32,000 nt of DNA from an uncultured Eubacteriales bacterium (GCA_900317375.1 ONGJ01000022.1:1-32000), one strand, 5' to 3'; positions 1 through 8,141 are shown, counted from the first letter of the stretch. The notes: generated by a model not told the origin, from the letters alone. A program made the numbers and translations.

Positions 1-1
1 T

Positions 2-3000
2 TGCAGTTCACTGACAAGCATCACGATTCCAGACAGCATAACTAGCATTGGGATGTGCGCTTTCCAGAATTGCAGTTCACTGACAAGCATCACAATTCCA
101 AATAGTGTAACAAGCATCTACGACAGTGCTTTCTCTGGTTGCACTTCCCTGACTAGCATCTCAATTCCAGAAGGCGTAACAAGTATTGGCAGTTATGCTT
201 TCTCTTATTGTTATGCTCTGACAAGCATTTCAATTCCAGATGGCGTAACAAGCATTGGCGAGTCTACCTTTTATGATTGCTACTCTCTAACAAGCATCGC
301 AATTCCGGAAGGCATAACAAGCATCGGGGACTATGCTTTCTACTGTTGCAGTTCCCTTACAAATATCACGATTCCAGATGGTGTAACAAGCATCGACAAG
401 AAGACCTTTTATAATTGCAGTTCCCTTACAAGTATCAGAATCTCGGAGAGCGTAACAAGCATCGGTGACTATGCTTTCTATGGTTGCAGTGCTCTGGTAA
501 GCATCACAATTCCGGAAGGCGTAGAAAGCATCGGCTATTATGTTTTCTCTGGTTGCGATGCTCTGACAAGCATTTCAATTCCAAATAGCTTAAAGAGCAT
601 CCACTATAACGCTTTCGATGGTTGCAAGTTTAAAACGGCAGGTCCGATCGGAAGCGGATGTGATTATGAATTTGGTTGGGTAACTACGATTCCTACGTAT
701 GCTTTCTCCGGTTGCAGTGCTTTGACCAGCATCACGATACCTGAAGGTGTAACAAGCATTGGCAGTTATGCTTTCTCTTATTGTTATGCTCTGACAAGCA
801 TTTCAATTCCAGATGGCGTAACAAGCATTGGCAGTTCTGCTTTCTCTGGTTGCAGCGCTCTGACTAGCATTACAATTCCAGAAGGCGTAACAAGTATCAG
901 CAAAAACACTTTCGATGGTTGCAGTTCTCTGACAAGTATCAGAATTCCCGTAAGCGTAACAAGCATCGGCGAATACGCTTTCTATGCTTGCAATTCTCTC
1001 TCCAAAGTTTATTATGATGGCGCCATGCCGCAGTGGAATGCAATTACTATAAAGAGTCAAGGAAATGAGAATCTTACAAACGCTGAAATTGACGTTAAAC
1101 CACCAATGGCACCACAAAATTTAAGAGTCAGTAATAATACTAATAATGCATTGACCCTTTCTTGGTTAACTGCCAATTGGGTTTCTGGTTATGAAATCCA
1201 GTATTCTGAGACAAGCAACTTCTCCTCTGTGAAAACTGTTTCCATAAATAATGCTGCTACAAATTCAACAGTCATCAAAGATTTGATAAAAGGCACTACT
1301 TATTATCTGAGAATTCGATCGTTTTTATCTCTTAGTGGTGAGAAATATTGGTCTTCGTGGAGTGAATCTGCCTCCGCTCTCATTCAAATCGGAGAAAAAT
1401 ACATAGTCTCTTATTACGCTAATGGAGGAACTGGTGCGCCAGAAAATCAATCCAAAGATCATGGTGTTACGCTAAAACTATCTGAGAAAAGACCTCACCG
1501 CGATGGCTATACTTTTGTTGGTTGGGCAGAGAGCCAGTTTGCAACGGCTGCTAAATATCAGCCCGGCGACCAGTATATAGCAAATAATTCTGTGACACTC
1601 TATGCTGTATGGTCTTCTCTCGTTACCGAATATGTAGAACGCTGTTACCAAGTAATTCTTGGCCGAGAGGGCGAACCGGAAGGTGTCAAATACTGGACAA
1701 ACTCGCTTCAATCCGGCGAGCGTGCAGGCGCAGAAATAGTCAGTGGTTTTGTAAACAGTCAAGAATTTCTGAAACAAGGAAATTCCTTTGAACAAGCTGT
1801 CATCATACTCTACCAGGCTATGCTTGGCCGTGAGCCAGATCATGATGGCAAAGTGTATTGGGTCGGAGAACTGAACAAAGGATTTAGTTACAATAGAATT
1901 ATTAACGGTTTCTCTGGCTCTAAAGAATTTGGAAAGATTTGCGCCGAATACAGCATTCAAGCTGGTTCTGTTGATTTGGAGTGGCGCGACCGGAATGAGG
2001 GTGTGACTGCTTTTGTAATACGCAACTATCGGTACGCATTAGGGCGAAACGGAGATATAGATGGTCTGAACTATTGGTGTGAACAGATCATCACTGGGCA
2101 GCAAGCCCCGAAGCAGTGTGCAAAGAATTTTGTGTTCTCTACTGAGTGCGTTAACAAAGGCTTGAGCGACACAGATTTTGTGAAAATGCTTTATAATCTG
2201 TACATGGGACGAGAAGCCGATCAGGCTGGATTGAATTATTGGATAGATCAGCTTAGCCATAGAAGTATGACACGTCAACAAGTGGCTGACAGCTTTGCGG
2301 CTTCACAGGAATTCAAAAGCATCATTAGAAGCTACGGTATTACTGACAATACGCCAGATGTACCAACTTACGTCATTTCATATGACGCTAACGGAGGAAC
2401 CGATGCGCCATACAGCCAAATTAAAACCCATGGTGTTCCGCTTATACTCTCAGAAACGAAGCCAATCAACAAGAGCTATGTTTTTTCCGGCTGGGCGGAA
2501 GGTTCATCTTCAACCAGTGTCAAATATCATCCTGGAAATCAATTTACAACTGATGCTTCTATAACATTGTATGCTGTTTGGACTCCCGATACAACGGATG
2601 CTGATGGGGATGGATGGTGGCGTCCAAGCGCAACAAATTCTATCAACTCACAGCTCAATAGTCCACGAGATTGGAATAGAAGTGGTTACAGCAAAGCGCT
2701 TTTAGCAGTTTTGTTGTATAACGATTTACCTACTCGATTTAAGAGTATTAAATATCGAAATGCGCTAGACCAAGGTGATGTATATGTGAGCAGATCGAAC
2801 AGTCTTGGTGGAGAACTGACTTATAGTCTGGTATATTTTACTGGAAATTACTCTGATTATGTTCTGGATATAACCTATTATGCAGAAACTGGGAGGGCAG
2901 TTGCATTAGAACTTCCGAATCTTGGCAGAAGCTATTATTCTTCTCACTATGATTACAAACTGACAAGTAATGATGTAGACAATGTGTATGATGATTTGGG

Positions 3001-3007
3001 AATGTAG
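2..3007 (+). CDS. BspA-type leucine-rich-repeat surface protein, 5'-partial (LRR array + Fn3-like + 2 Listeria-Bacteroides/Flg_new-like repeats + 4 DUF4214-like repeats + unknown C-terminal domain)
   Basis: Frame is open from the window edge (CSSLTSITIPDSITSIG precedes the first Met at 53). ~23-aa units C.SLTSI.IP.GVTSIG..AF. PPMAPQNLRV...YYLRIRSF is Fn3-like. Y.VSY.ANGGT.AP...GWA occurs twice. LGRE.D..G..YW repeats occur x4. Stop is TAG at 3005-3007. Confidence 0.85.
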   Translation, partial: CSSLTSITIPDSITSIGMCAFQNCSSLTSITIPNSVTSIYDSAFSGCTSLTSISIPEGVTSIGSYAFSYCYALTSISIPDGVTSIGESTFYDCYSLTSIAIPEGITSIGDYAFYCCSSLTNITIPDGVTSIDKKTFYNCSSLTSIRISESVTSIGDYAFYGCSALVSITIPEGVESIGYYVFSGCDALTSISIPNSLKSIHYNAFDGCKFKTAGPIGSGCDYEFGWVTTIPTYAFSGCSALTSITIPEGVTSIGSYAFSYCYALTSISIPDGVTSIGSSAFSGCSALTSITIPEGVTSISKNTFDGCSSLTSIRIPVSVTSIGEYAFYACNSLSKVYYDGAMPQWNAITIKSQGNENLTNAEIDVKPPMAPQNLRVSNNTNNALTLSWLTANWVSGYEIQYSETSNFSSVKTVSINNAATNSTVIKDLIKGTTYYLRIRSFLSLSGEKYWSSWSESASALIQIGEKYIVSYYANGGTGAPENQSKDHGVTLKLSEKRPHRDGYTFVGWAESQFATAAKYQPGDQYIANNSVTLYAVWSSLVTEYVERCYQVILGREGEPEGVKYWTNSLQSGERAGAEIVSGFVNSQEFLKQGNSFEQAVIILYQAMLGREPDHDGKVYWVGELNKGFSYNRIINGFSGSKEFGKICAEYSIQAGSVDLEWRDRNEGVTAFVIRNYRYALGRNGDIDGLNYWCEQIITGQQAPKQCAKNFVFSTECVNKGLSDTDFVKMLYNLYMGREADQAGLNYWIDQLSHRSMTRQQVADSFAASQEFKSIIRSYGITDNTPDVPTYVISYDANGGTDAPYSQIKTHGVPLILSETKPINKSYVFSGWAEGSSSTSVKYHPGNQFTTDASITLYAVWTPDTTDADGDGWWRPSATNSINSQLNSPRDWNRSGYSKALLAVLLYNDLPTRFKSIKYRNALDQGDVYVSRSNSLGGELTYSLVYFTGNYSDYVLDITYYAETGRAVALELPNLGRSYYSSHYDYKLTSNDVDNVYDDLGM
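185..259 (+). repeat. 75-bp perfect intragenic repeat, copy 1 (LRR unit)
   Basis: attggcagttatgctttctcttattgttatgctctgacaagcatttcaattccagatggcgtaacaagcattggc is identical to 758..832. Offset 573 bp (in frame). Confidence 0.95.
758..832 (+). repeat. 75-bp perfect intragenic repeat, copy 2 (LRR unit)
   Basis: Base-for-base identical to 185..259. Confidence 0.95.
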
Positions 3008-3115
3008 TATCAAGCCTGTCTCAAGACGTTCAAATAGCCCGATTTACTCAGAATTCGCAAAACCGTTTCTATTGTAAAGAGCTGCGGTTTGTAAGGAAAA
3101 GCGATTAAAACCAAT

Positions 3116-3155
3116 AGAGAAAAACAAACGAGGGAGCGGCTGAGATTCCGCTCCC
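3116..3155 (-). terminator. Rho-independent terminator-like hairpin downstream of the recombinase remnant
   Basis: Stem gggagcgg/ccgctccc (3132-3139 / 3148-3155), 8-nt loop. On the minus strand it is followed by tcgtttgtttttctct. Confidence 0.5.
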
Positions 3156-3163
3156 ATTGTCTA

Positions 3164-3335
3164 CAGCAACTCAGCATGTCCTTCAATCGCCTTTTCAATT
3201 TGCTACGCCAAAACTGTCACAAAAAGGATTTTAGGTCCTAATCAAAACATGAGACGCTGTGTAGTGGCTGTTGAGCTACGCTGTTACAGATATTATCTCA
3301 TTCCATAGTCTTTCCATATCTTTGAAGAAAACAAA
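3164..3335 (-). pseudogene. Decayed 3' fragment of a tyrosine recombinase paralogous to 6234..6797
   Basis: Minus-strand translation reads L*QRSSTATTQRLMF*...*QIEKAIEGHAELL*. The intact gene reads LLQHSSAAVTQRYIG...IEKAIEGHAELI*. The fragment contains TAA, TGA and TAG stops plus indels and has no start. Confidence 0.6.
3167..3199. repeat. 33-bp perfect direct repeat, copy 1 (last 11 codons of the recombinase)
   Basis: caactcagcatgtccttcaatcgccttttcaat is identical to 6240..6272. Confidence 0.95.
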
Positions 3336-3391
3336 AACCGCTCTGAACATTTCCTGAAGCATTTTTAATCCAGGAGACAGTCAGAGCGGTT
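3322..3391 (-). terminator. Long-loop hairpin with T-tract (minus strand)
   Basis: 11-bp arms aaccgctctga (3336-3346) / tcagagcggtt (3381-3391), 34-nt loop. The minus strand then reads tttgttttcttcaa. Confidence 0.35.
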
Positions 3392-3705
3392 GTTTATGAT
3401 ACAAGCTTATTGAAAGTGTATTTTCAAAACGGAAAGCGGCTTTGTCAGGCGAAGCACGCTTTCACCGCAGCGAAGCAACTATTCATCTTCCTCGTCTTCG
3501 TTGCTGTCGCCGCTATCGCCAAACAAATCAGGCGAAGCTTGGTGATTTTAACAGAATATCAGGAAAAGCCAAGGTTGTAAATCACATTTTTTGTTCATTA
3601 TATAACAAAAAGCCGATTCTTTTGATTGCGTTATCAGAAAGAGCATGATATTATGGTTGTAATACTTGAAATCGCATACTGATAATCCGTGATGGAGGTA
3701 TCGCT

Positions 3706-6036
3706 ATGAAGACTACTCTGCGTATAGCATTCTCTTTACTGTTTTGTGTGATGGTATTCTTTTGCTTCAGTTCTGCGGCTTTTGCTGATAATATTGCCTC
3801 AGGCACTTGGGGTGATTTGAGTTGGACACTGGATGTCGAAGGAACGCTTACCATCTCCGGCAATGGAAAAATGAATGATCTTTCATGGTCAAGCTCTGAT
3901 GCTTGGCACGCATACAAAAATGATATCAAGGAAGTAGTATTGCTTGCCGGTGTGACAAGCATCGGCAGAGATGCTTTTTATGATTGCCGCAATCTGGTAA
4001 GCATAAATATAACGGATACCATCACGAGCATCGATATGTTTGCTTTCGATTTTTGTACCAGCTTGAAAAAAATTACAATTCCGGAGACTGTCACAAATAT
4101 TGGTTCACTAGCTTTTAATAGATGCAGCGCTTTGACAACGGCAGGCCCGATCGGTAGCGGGTGTGATTATGAGTTTGGCTGGACTCTAGCAATCCCTGGA
4201 AATGCTTTCTCGGGGTGTAGCGGTCTGACAAGCATCATAATCCCAGAGAGCGTAACAACCATTGGCAGCAATGCTTTCTCTGAATGCAGCAGCTTAACCA
4301 GTATCGAAATCCCAGAGAGCGTAACAACCATTGGCAGCAATGCTTTCTCTGAATGCAGCAGCTTAACCAGTATCGAAATCCCGAGCAGTGTCACAGAAAT
4401 TGGGTACGCTTCGTTTAGAGACTGCATATCTCTATCAAGCATCAAAATACCAAATAGCGTGATCTCTATTGGAAGTAGTGGATTCTCTGGTTGCAGTAGC
4501 CTTTCAAACGTAACTATTCCGGCTAGCGTTGTCAGCCTTGGTGGCTTCCCATTTTCTGAGTGTACCAATTTAACTGCAATATATGTAGATCCGAACAACC
4601 CATCTTATTGTGATATAGATGGAGTTCTCTTTACGAAAAACAAAGCTGTACTATTTCAATATCCTGCTGGTCGGGAAACAACCTATACAATTCCCGACTG
4701 TGTGAGTCGAATATTGAACGGAGCTTTTGATGGATGTATCAACCTTAAAAATGTGATAATTCCCGATAAGATAACAAGCATTGAGATGAGCACTTTTACA
4801 AAATGCAGTGGCATAACCAGTATTATTATTCCTGATGGCGTTACTAGGATTGGCAGTGATGCGTTCTCTTTCTGCACCGGCCTGACCAGTATTATTATCC
4901 CTTATGGTGTAACAAGTATTGAAGACTATGCATTTTGGAGATGTGATAGTCTTACCGACGTGTATTTCTCTGGAACAGAAGATGAATGGCAGGCTATAAA
5001 TATAGCGTCGAATAATGAAGACCTAATTAACGCAACAATTCATTATGCTGATAATGTCCATGATATTGTAGATTCTGGTCGTTGGGGAAGTTTGGAATGG
5101 ACTTTGGATAGGAAAAGAATATTAACGATTTCTGGTGTAGGGATGATGGATGATTTTTCGCCCGATTCTTCTGAAGCATGGAGGAGGAGTAGAATAACAA
5201 GTATCGAGAATGTAATCATTAGTGCAGGCATAACAAGTATTGGTAATTTTGCTTTCAAAGACTGCAAAAATATGACGAGTGTTGTAATCCCAGATACCGT
5301 CACAACAATAGGGTTTGACTCCTTTCGCAACTGCAGCAGTCTTGATGGCTTAATAATTCCAGAAGGGGTTCAATTTATTGGCGGTGATGCGTTCATGGGC
5401 TGCAGCAGCCTTACAAATGTATTGCTTCCGGCAAGTTTGAAAAGCCTTGATGGTTTTCCATTTGCAGATTGCAGCTGTTTATCCGCAATAACAGTCAATC
5501 CCGAGAATCCTGTCTACTGTGATGTGGACGGAGTGCTTTTTACAAAGAACTTGAAGATTCTTTGGCAGTATCCTGCAGCGAGAAATGGCTCCTATATCAT
5601 TCCTGACAGTGTAACTCACATATGTAATGGCGCTTTCTATGGTTGCGGCAACTTAACAGATATTACAATTCCAAACACAGTGACGAGCATAGAGAAGAGC
5701 ACCTTTTGGGGATGTATCGGGCTGACCAGTATATTGCTCCCTGACAGTATAAGCAGTATAGGTGATTGGGCTTTCAATTCTTGCAGTAATTTAACAACGA
5801 TTCGTTTTCTGGGCTCGCCACCGCAGTCAATCTCAAATAATGCGTTTCAGAATGTAACTGCTAATGCGTATTATCCAGCAGATAAAGGCTGGACGGCAGC
5901 CAATATGAAGAACTATGGTGGGAAGCTGACGTGGATACCTTCTGGTACTGTACCTGACTTCATCCTCCCTGCCAACCTAACTTCAATTGAAGAAGAAGCA
6001 TTCGCAGAATGTGCGTTTACCTATGTCCAAATCTAA
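3706..6036 (+). CDS. BspA-type leucine-rich-repeat surface protein with signal peptide (C-terminus truncated by frameshift)
   Basis: SD ggagg lies 8 nt upstream. Signal peptide MKTTLRIAFSLLFCVMVFFCFSSAAFA. Two blocks of 23-aa LRR units each start GTWGDLSWTLD / GRWGSLEWTLD. Stop is TAA at 6034-6036. Confidence 0.85.
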   Translation: MKTTLRIAFSLLFCVMVFFCFSSAAFADNIASGTWGDLSWTLDVEGTLTISGNGKMNDLSWSSSDAWHAYKNDIKEVVLLAGVTSIGRDAFYDCRNLVSINITDTITSIDMFAFDFCTSLKKITIPETVTNIGSLAFNRCSALTTAGPIGSGCDYEFGWTLAIPGNAFSGCSGLTSIIIPESVTTIGSNAFSECSSLTSIEIPESVTTIGSNAFSECSSLTSIEIPSSVTEIGYASFRDCISLSSIKIPNSVISIGSSGFSGCSSLSNVTIPASVVSLGGFPFSECTNLTAIYVDPNNPSYCDIDGVLFTKNKAVLFQYPAGRETTYTIPDCVSRILNGAFDGCINLKNVIIPDKITSIEMSTFTKCSGITSIIIPDGVTRIGSDAFSFCTGLTSIIIPYGVTSIEDYAFWRCDSLTDVYFSGTEDEWQAINIASNNEDLINATIHYADNVHDIVDSGRWGSLEWTLDRKRILTISGVGMMDDFSPDSSEAWRRSRITSIENVIISAGITSIGNFAFKDCKNMTSVVIPDTVTTIGFDSFRNCSSLDGLIIPEGVQFIGGDAFMGCSSLTNVLLPASLKSLDGFPFADCSCLSAITVNPENPVYCDVDGVLFTKNLKILWQYPAARNGSYIIPDSVTHICNGAFYGCGNLTDITIPNTVTSIEKSTFWGCIGLTSILLPDSISSIGDWAFNSCSNLTTIRFLGSPPQSISNNAFQNVTANAYYPADKGWTAANMKNYGGKLTWIPSGTVPDFILPANLTSIEEEAFAECAFTYVQI
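4240..4377 (+). repeat. Perfect tandem duplication 2 x 69 bp (one 23-aa LRR unit)
   Basis: 4240..4308 equals 4309..4377 (atcccagagagcgtaacaaccattggcagcaatgctttctctgaatgcagcagcttaaccagtatcgaa). It encodes IPESVTTIGSNAFSECSSLTSIE twice. Confidence 0.95.
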
Positions 6037-6182
6037 TCTATATCTATATTCCAGAAGCAACTACAAGTATAGATCCCAATGCTTTTGGCGATTTATCGAC
6101 ACTAACGATTTTTGGTAAAACTGGAAGCACAGCTGAAACTTTTGCACAAACACACGGATTTGACTTTGTGGCTGTTTCCTGA
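6027..6182 (+). pseudogene. Out-of-frame C-terminal segment of the LRR gene 3706..6036
   Basis: The other frame reads PNLIYIYIPEATTSIDPNAFGDLSTLTIFGKTGSTAETFAQTHGFDFVAVS*, which continues the LRR consensus directly after ...AFAEC. The 14 nt gcgtttacctatgt (6013-6026) separate the two frames. Confidence 0.6.
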
Positions 6183-6224
6183 AAGCAGAAGCAAAACAAG
6201 GGGAGTATGGTGGTTTCACCCTTG
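6181..6224 (-). terminator. Weak terminator-like hairpin after the recombinase gene
   Basis: Stem caaggg/cccttg (6197-6202 / 6219-6224). The minus strand then reads ttttgcttctgctttc. Confidence 0.3.
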
Positions 6225-6233
6225 CTCTCCTAC

Positions 6234-6797
6234 TCATATCAACTCAGCATGTCCTTCAATCGCCTTTTCAATCCTCTGTGGTTCAATCCCAATATAACGC
6301 TGTGTGACGGCTGCGCTGCTGTGCTGTAGGAGACGCTGAACAAGAGCAATGTCAAACCCATTGTTCCTGTAAATCTCTGTGGCATACCATTTCCTGAAAG
6401 AATGCGTGCTGATACCTTCATAGCCCAGGTATTCACAGACAAGGCCAAGCTGCTTTTGAATGGCTCTGGTAGTGACAGGGAACATCAGCGCATCACGCGC
6501 TATACCGTTGCGCAGGCAATAATTCTCCATATACTGATAGATAACAAGGGGAACAGTGAAAACACGCTGTTTCCCTGTTTTCTGTTCCACGATGGAAAGG
6601 CGATAGCGACCACCGTCATTTACAATATCGCAAAGGCGCAGCCTGACAATATCGCTGATTCTGATACCAAGGTTGCCTTCCAGAACGAGAGCGGTTGCAA
6701 TCCGTTCATTCCCTCTGAACCCGCTGCCCCCTTCTTTCATGGTCGTAATGATATTTCTATACTGCTCAGTTGTGAGTGCGGTTGTTTTCTTGTTCAT
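6234..6797 (-). CDS. Small (187 aa) tyrosine site-specific recombinase, catalytic domain only (FimB/FimE-sized)
   Basis: SD gggagg lies 5 nt upstream. LGIRISDIVRLRL supplies the first catalytic Arg, THSFRKWYAT is H-x-x-R, and LLQHSSAAVTQRYI supplies His...Tyr. No N-terminal core-binding domain. Stop is TGA. Confidence 0.85.
   Translation of the reverse strand: MNKKTTALTTEQYRNIITTMKEGGSGFRGNERIATALVLEGNLGIRISDIVRLRLCDIVNDGGRYRLSIVEQKTGKQRVFTVPLVIYQYMENYCLRNGIARDALMFPVTTRAIQKQLGLVCEYLGYEGISTHSFRKWYATEIYRNNGFDIALVQRLLQHSSAAVTQRYIGIEPQRIEKAIEGHAELI
6240..6272. repeat. 33-bp perfect direct repeat, copy 2 (inside the 3' end of the recombinase gene)
   Basis: Identical to 3167..3199. Offset 3073 bp, bracketing the second LRR gene. 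Confidence 0.95.
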
Positions 6798-6917
6798 GAT
6801 TTCCTCCCAATAGTTCGTTATTCTGAGGCGGGAAAGTTCGTTTCCTGTTGGATTTCCGAACCTTCCCGCGTGTTTCCGGTGATCTGCTGTTCGTTTTCTT
6901 CCGCTTTTACGAACTTT

Positions 6918-7568
6918 CTACGGAGCAAGCACCATCTGAATATCACAGTCAAGACAGGCAATGTTCACATTCCGCGTTGCCCGGACGCTCATACCGCAGC
7001 AAGGGCAGATATACTTTCTTGTGCTGGACGGCTTCCGTGTTGCTCCCCCAGTGAATGTTCCCGCGTGGGTCCCGGTTCCGGTGACTCCCACGCTCATGCC
7101 GTCATTGCGGCAGAGGCGGATTTCTGTGAGGTCGTTATCAAGGCAGAACTCAACCAGCGCCTCAGAGGGGGAAGTGATTGACCAGCCATATGTTTCGTGA
7201 TGCTCGATCACAAGGTCACAGCTTTCGGCAACTGCCTTGAAGTGCCGGTTGTGGTAGGTGTTTCCCCGGCTACAGTCTTTCACGCCGTTCACATCGTTGA
7301 AGTAGTGGACCATCTCATGCAGCAGGGTTGCAACGACATTTTCAATCGGCCTTGCCAGCGTACCGGCTCCGATATTGATTTCCCGCATCCCCTGCTCACC
7401 GTCAACCGACCAAGCATCATAAAGGGTGTAATGGCCGTAAGCTTTGGGCGTGCTCTGAATCGTGATCACCGGCCGTGAAAGTGTACTTTCAAAATAGCGC
7501 TCATTCAGCAGATCGAAAATCTTGTTGAGATAGGCAGAAGCGCGGTTGTAGGTGGTAAGCTGTTTCAT
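6918..7568 (-). CDS. SprT-like zinc metalloprotease domain protein with C-terminal zinc ribbon
   Basis: HExxH motif in LLHEMVHYF. C-terminal CPCCG...CLDC. SD agaggag lies upstream of ATG 7568 (MKQLTTYN), so the track's longer start at 7658 is unlikely. Stop is TAG at 6918-6920. Confidence 0.8.
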   Translation of the reverse strand: MKQLTTYNRASAYLNKIFDLLNERYFESTLSRPVITIQSTPKAYGHYTLYDAWSVDGEQGMREINIGAGTLARPIENVVATLLHEMVHYFNDVNGVKDCSRGNTYHNRHFKAVAESCDLVIEHHETYGWSITSPSEALVEFCLDNDLTEIRLCRNDGMSVGVTGTGTHAGTFTGGATRKPSSTRKYICPCCGMSVRATRNVNIACLDCDIQMVLAP

Positions 7569-7688
7569 TTTGTTAGCTCCTCTCTTGATTTTGTGAGAGG
7601 GGCAGGTTATAATGTGCCTGCCCTCTCTTGTCGGATTGGGTAAGTCTCTTGCGTTCATGCTTGCCGGCGTTACGCAAGGGGCTTTTCT

Positions 7689-7964
7689 TTACGCGATGGA
7701 AAAGCGGCGGGAAGTGCTCGGCTTGGTAAAGCTCTTGTAAAGGTCCGCATAGGTTTTCTTGAATGCGGTAGTGTCAAAGCGGTTGGAAATCACCGTGCGC
7801 CAATAGACGATGTACTGCCCAGCTTCCAGCTCCTCAACATCCTGCGCCAGCATTTCGGCCTTGATGGTATCACGCAGCGCATCGGCTTCGGCCTGCGCCT
7901 CATCAATCAGCGCCTCAAGTTCTTTGATCTGCTCAATCTTGGTGATAATGTCGGTCTTGCTCAT
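7689..7964 (-). CDS. Hypothetical coiled-coil protein (91 aa)
   Basis: SD aaaggag lies upstream of ATG 7964. Heptad-like EQIKELEALIDEAQAEADALRDTIKAEM. No recognised catalytic motif. Confidence 0.6.
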   Translation of the reverse strand: MSKTDIITKIEQIKELEALIDEAQAEADALRDTIKAEMLAQDVEELEAGQYIVYWRTVISNRFDTTAFKKTYADLYKSFTKPSTSRRFSIA

Positions 7965-8044
7965 TGTGTTTTCTCCTTTTCTGATATTTGGGAGCGGCTC
8001 TGCTTGGCTTGTGCCGTCCCTTGATTACGTGTACAATGATAGCA

Positions 8045-8060
8045 TATATTGCGCAATATA
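8045..8060. promoter_or_regulatory. Operator-like perfect palindrome 1 (tATATTGCGCAATATa)
   Basis: 16-bp perfect palindrome in the divergent intergenic region 7965..8175. Confidence 0.6.
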
Positions 8061-8078
8061 TCCATTCGCAAAACAGAC

Positions 8079-8096
8079 AAATATTGCGCAATATTT
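8079..8096. promoter_or_regulatory. Operator-like perfect palindrome 2 (aaATATTGCGCAATATtt)
   Basis: 18-bp perfect palindrome with the same 14-bp core ATATTGCGCAATAT. Core starts 35 bp after core 1. Confidence 0.6.
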
Positions 8097-8109
8097 TTGT
8101 GTAATTTGT

Positions 8110-8123
8110 ATATTGCGCAATAT
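8110..8123. promoter_or_regulatory. Operator-like perfect palindrome 3 (ATATTGCGCAATAT)
   Basis: Third copy of the 14-bp core, 29 bp after core 2. It overlaps the candidate -35 of the RHH gene promoter. Confidence 0.6.
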
Positions 8124-8141
8124 TTCCTCATGCTTTATACT
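8113..8141 (+). promoter_or_regulatory. Candidate sigma-70-type promoter of the RHH gene
   Basis: TTGCGC (8113-8118), 17 nt spacer, TATACT (8136-8141), about 35 nt upstream of ATG 8176. Confidence 0.4.

Noticed and set aside
1-6036. Considered whether the highly regular DNA repeats in the LRR genes, or the 10-bp array at 12711..12841, could be CRISPR arrays.
   Set aside because: The LRR repeats are in-frame 69-bp coding units without unique spacers. The 10-bp units are contiguous with no spacers. No cas genes are present.
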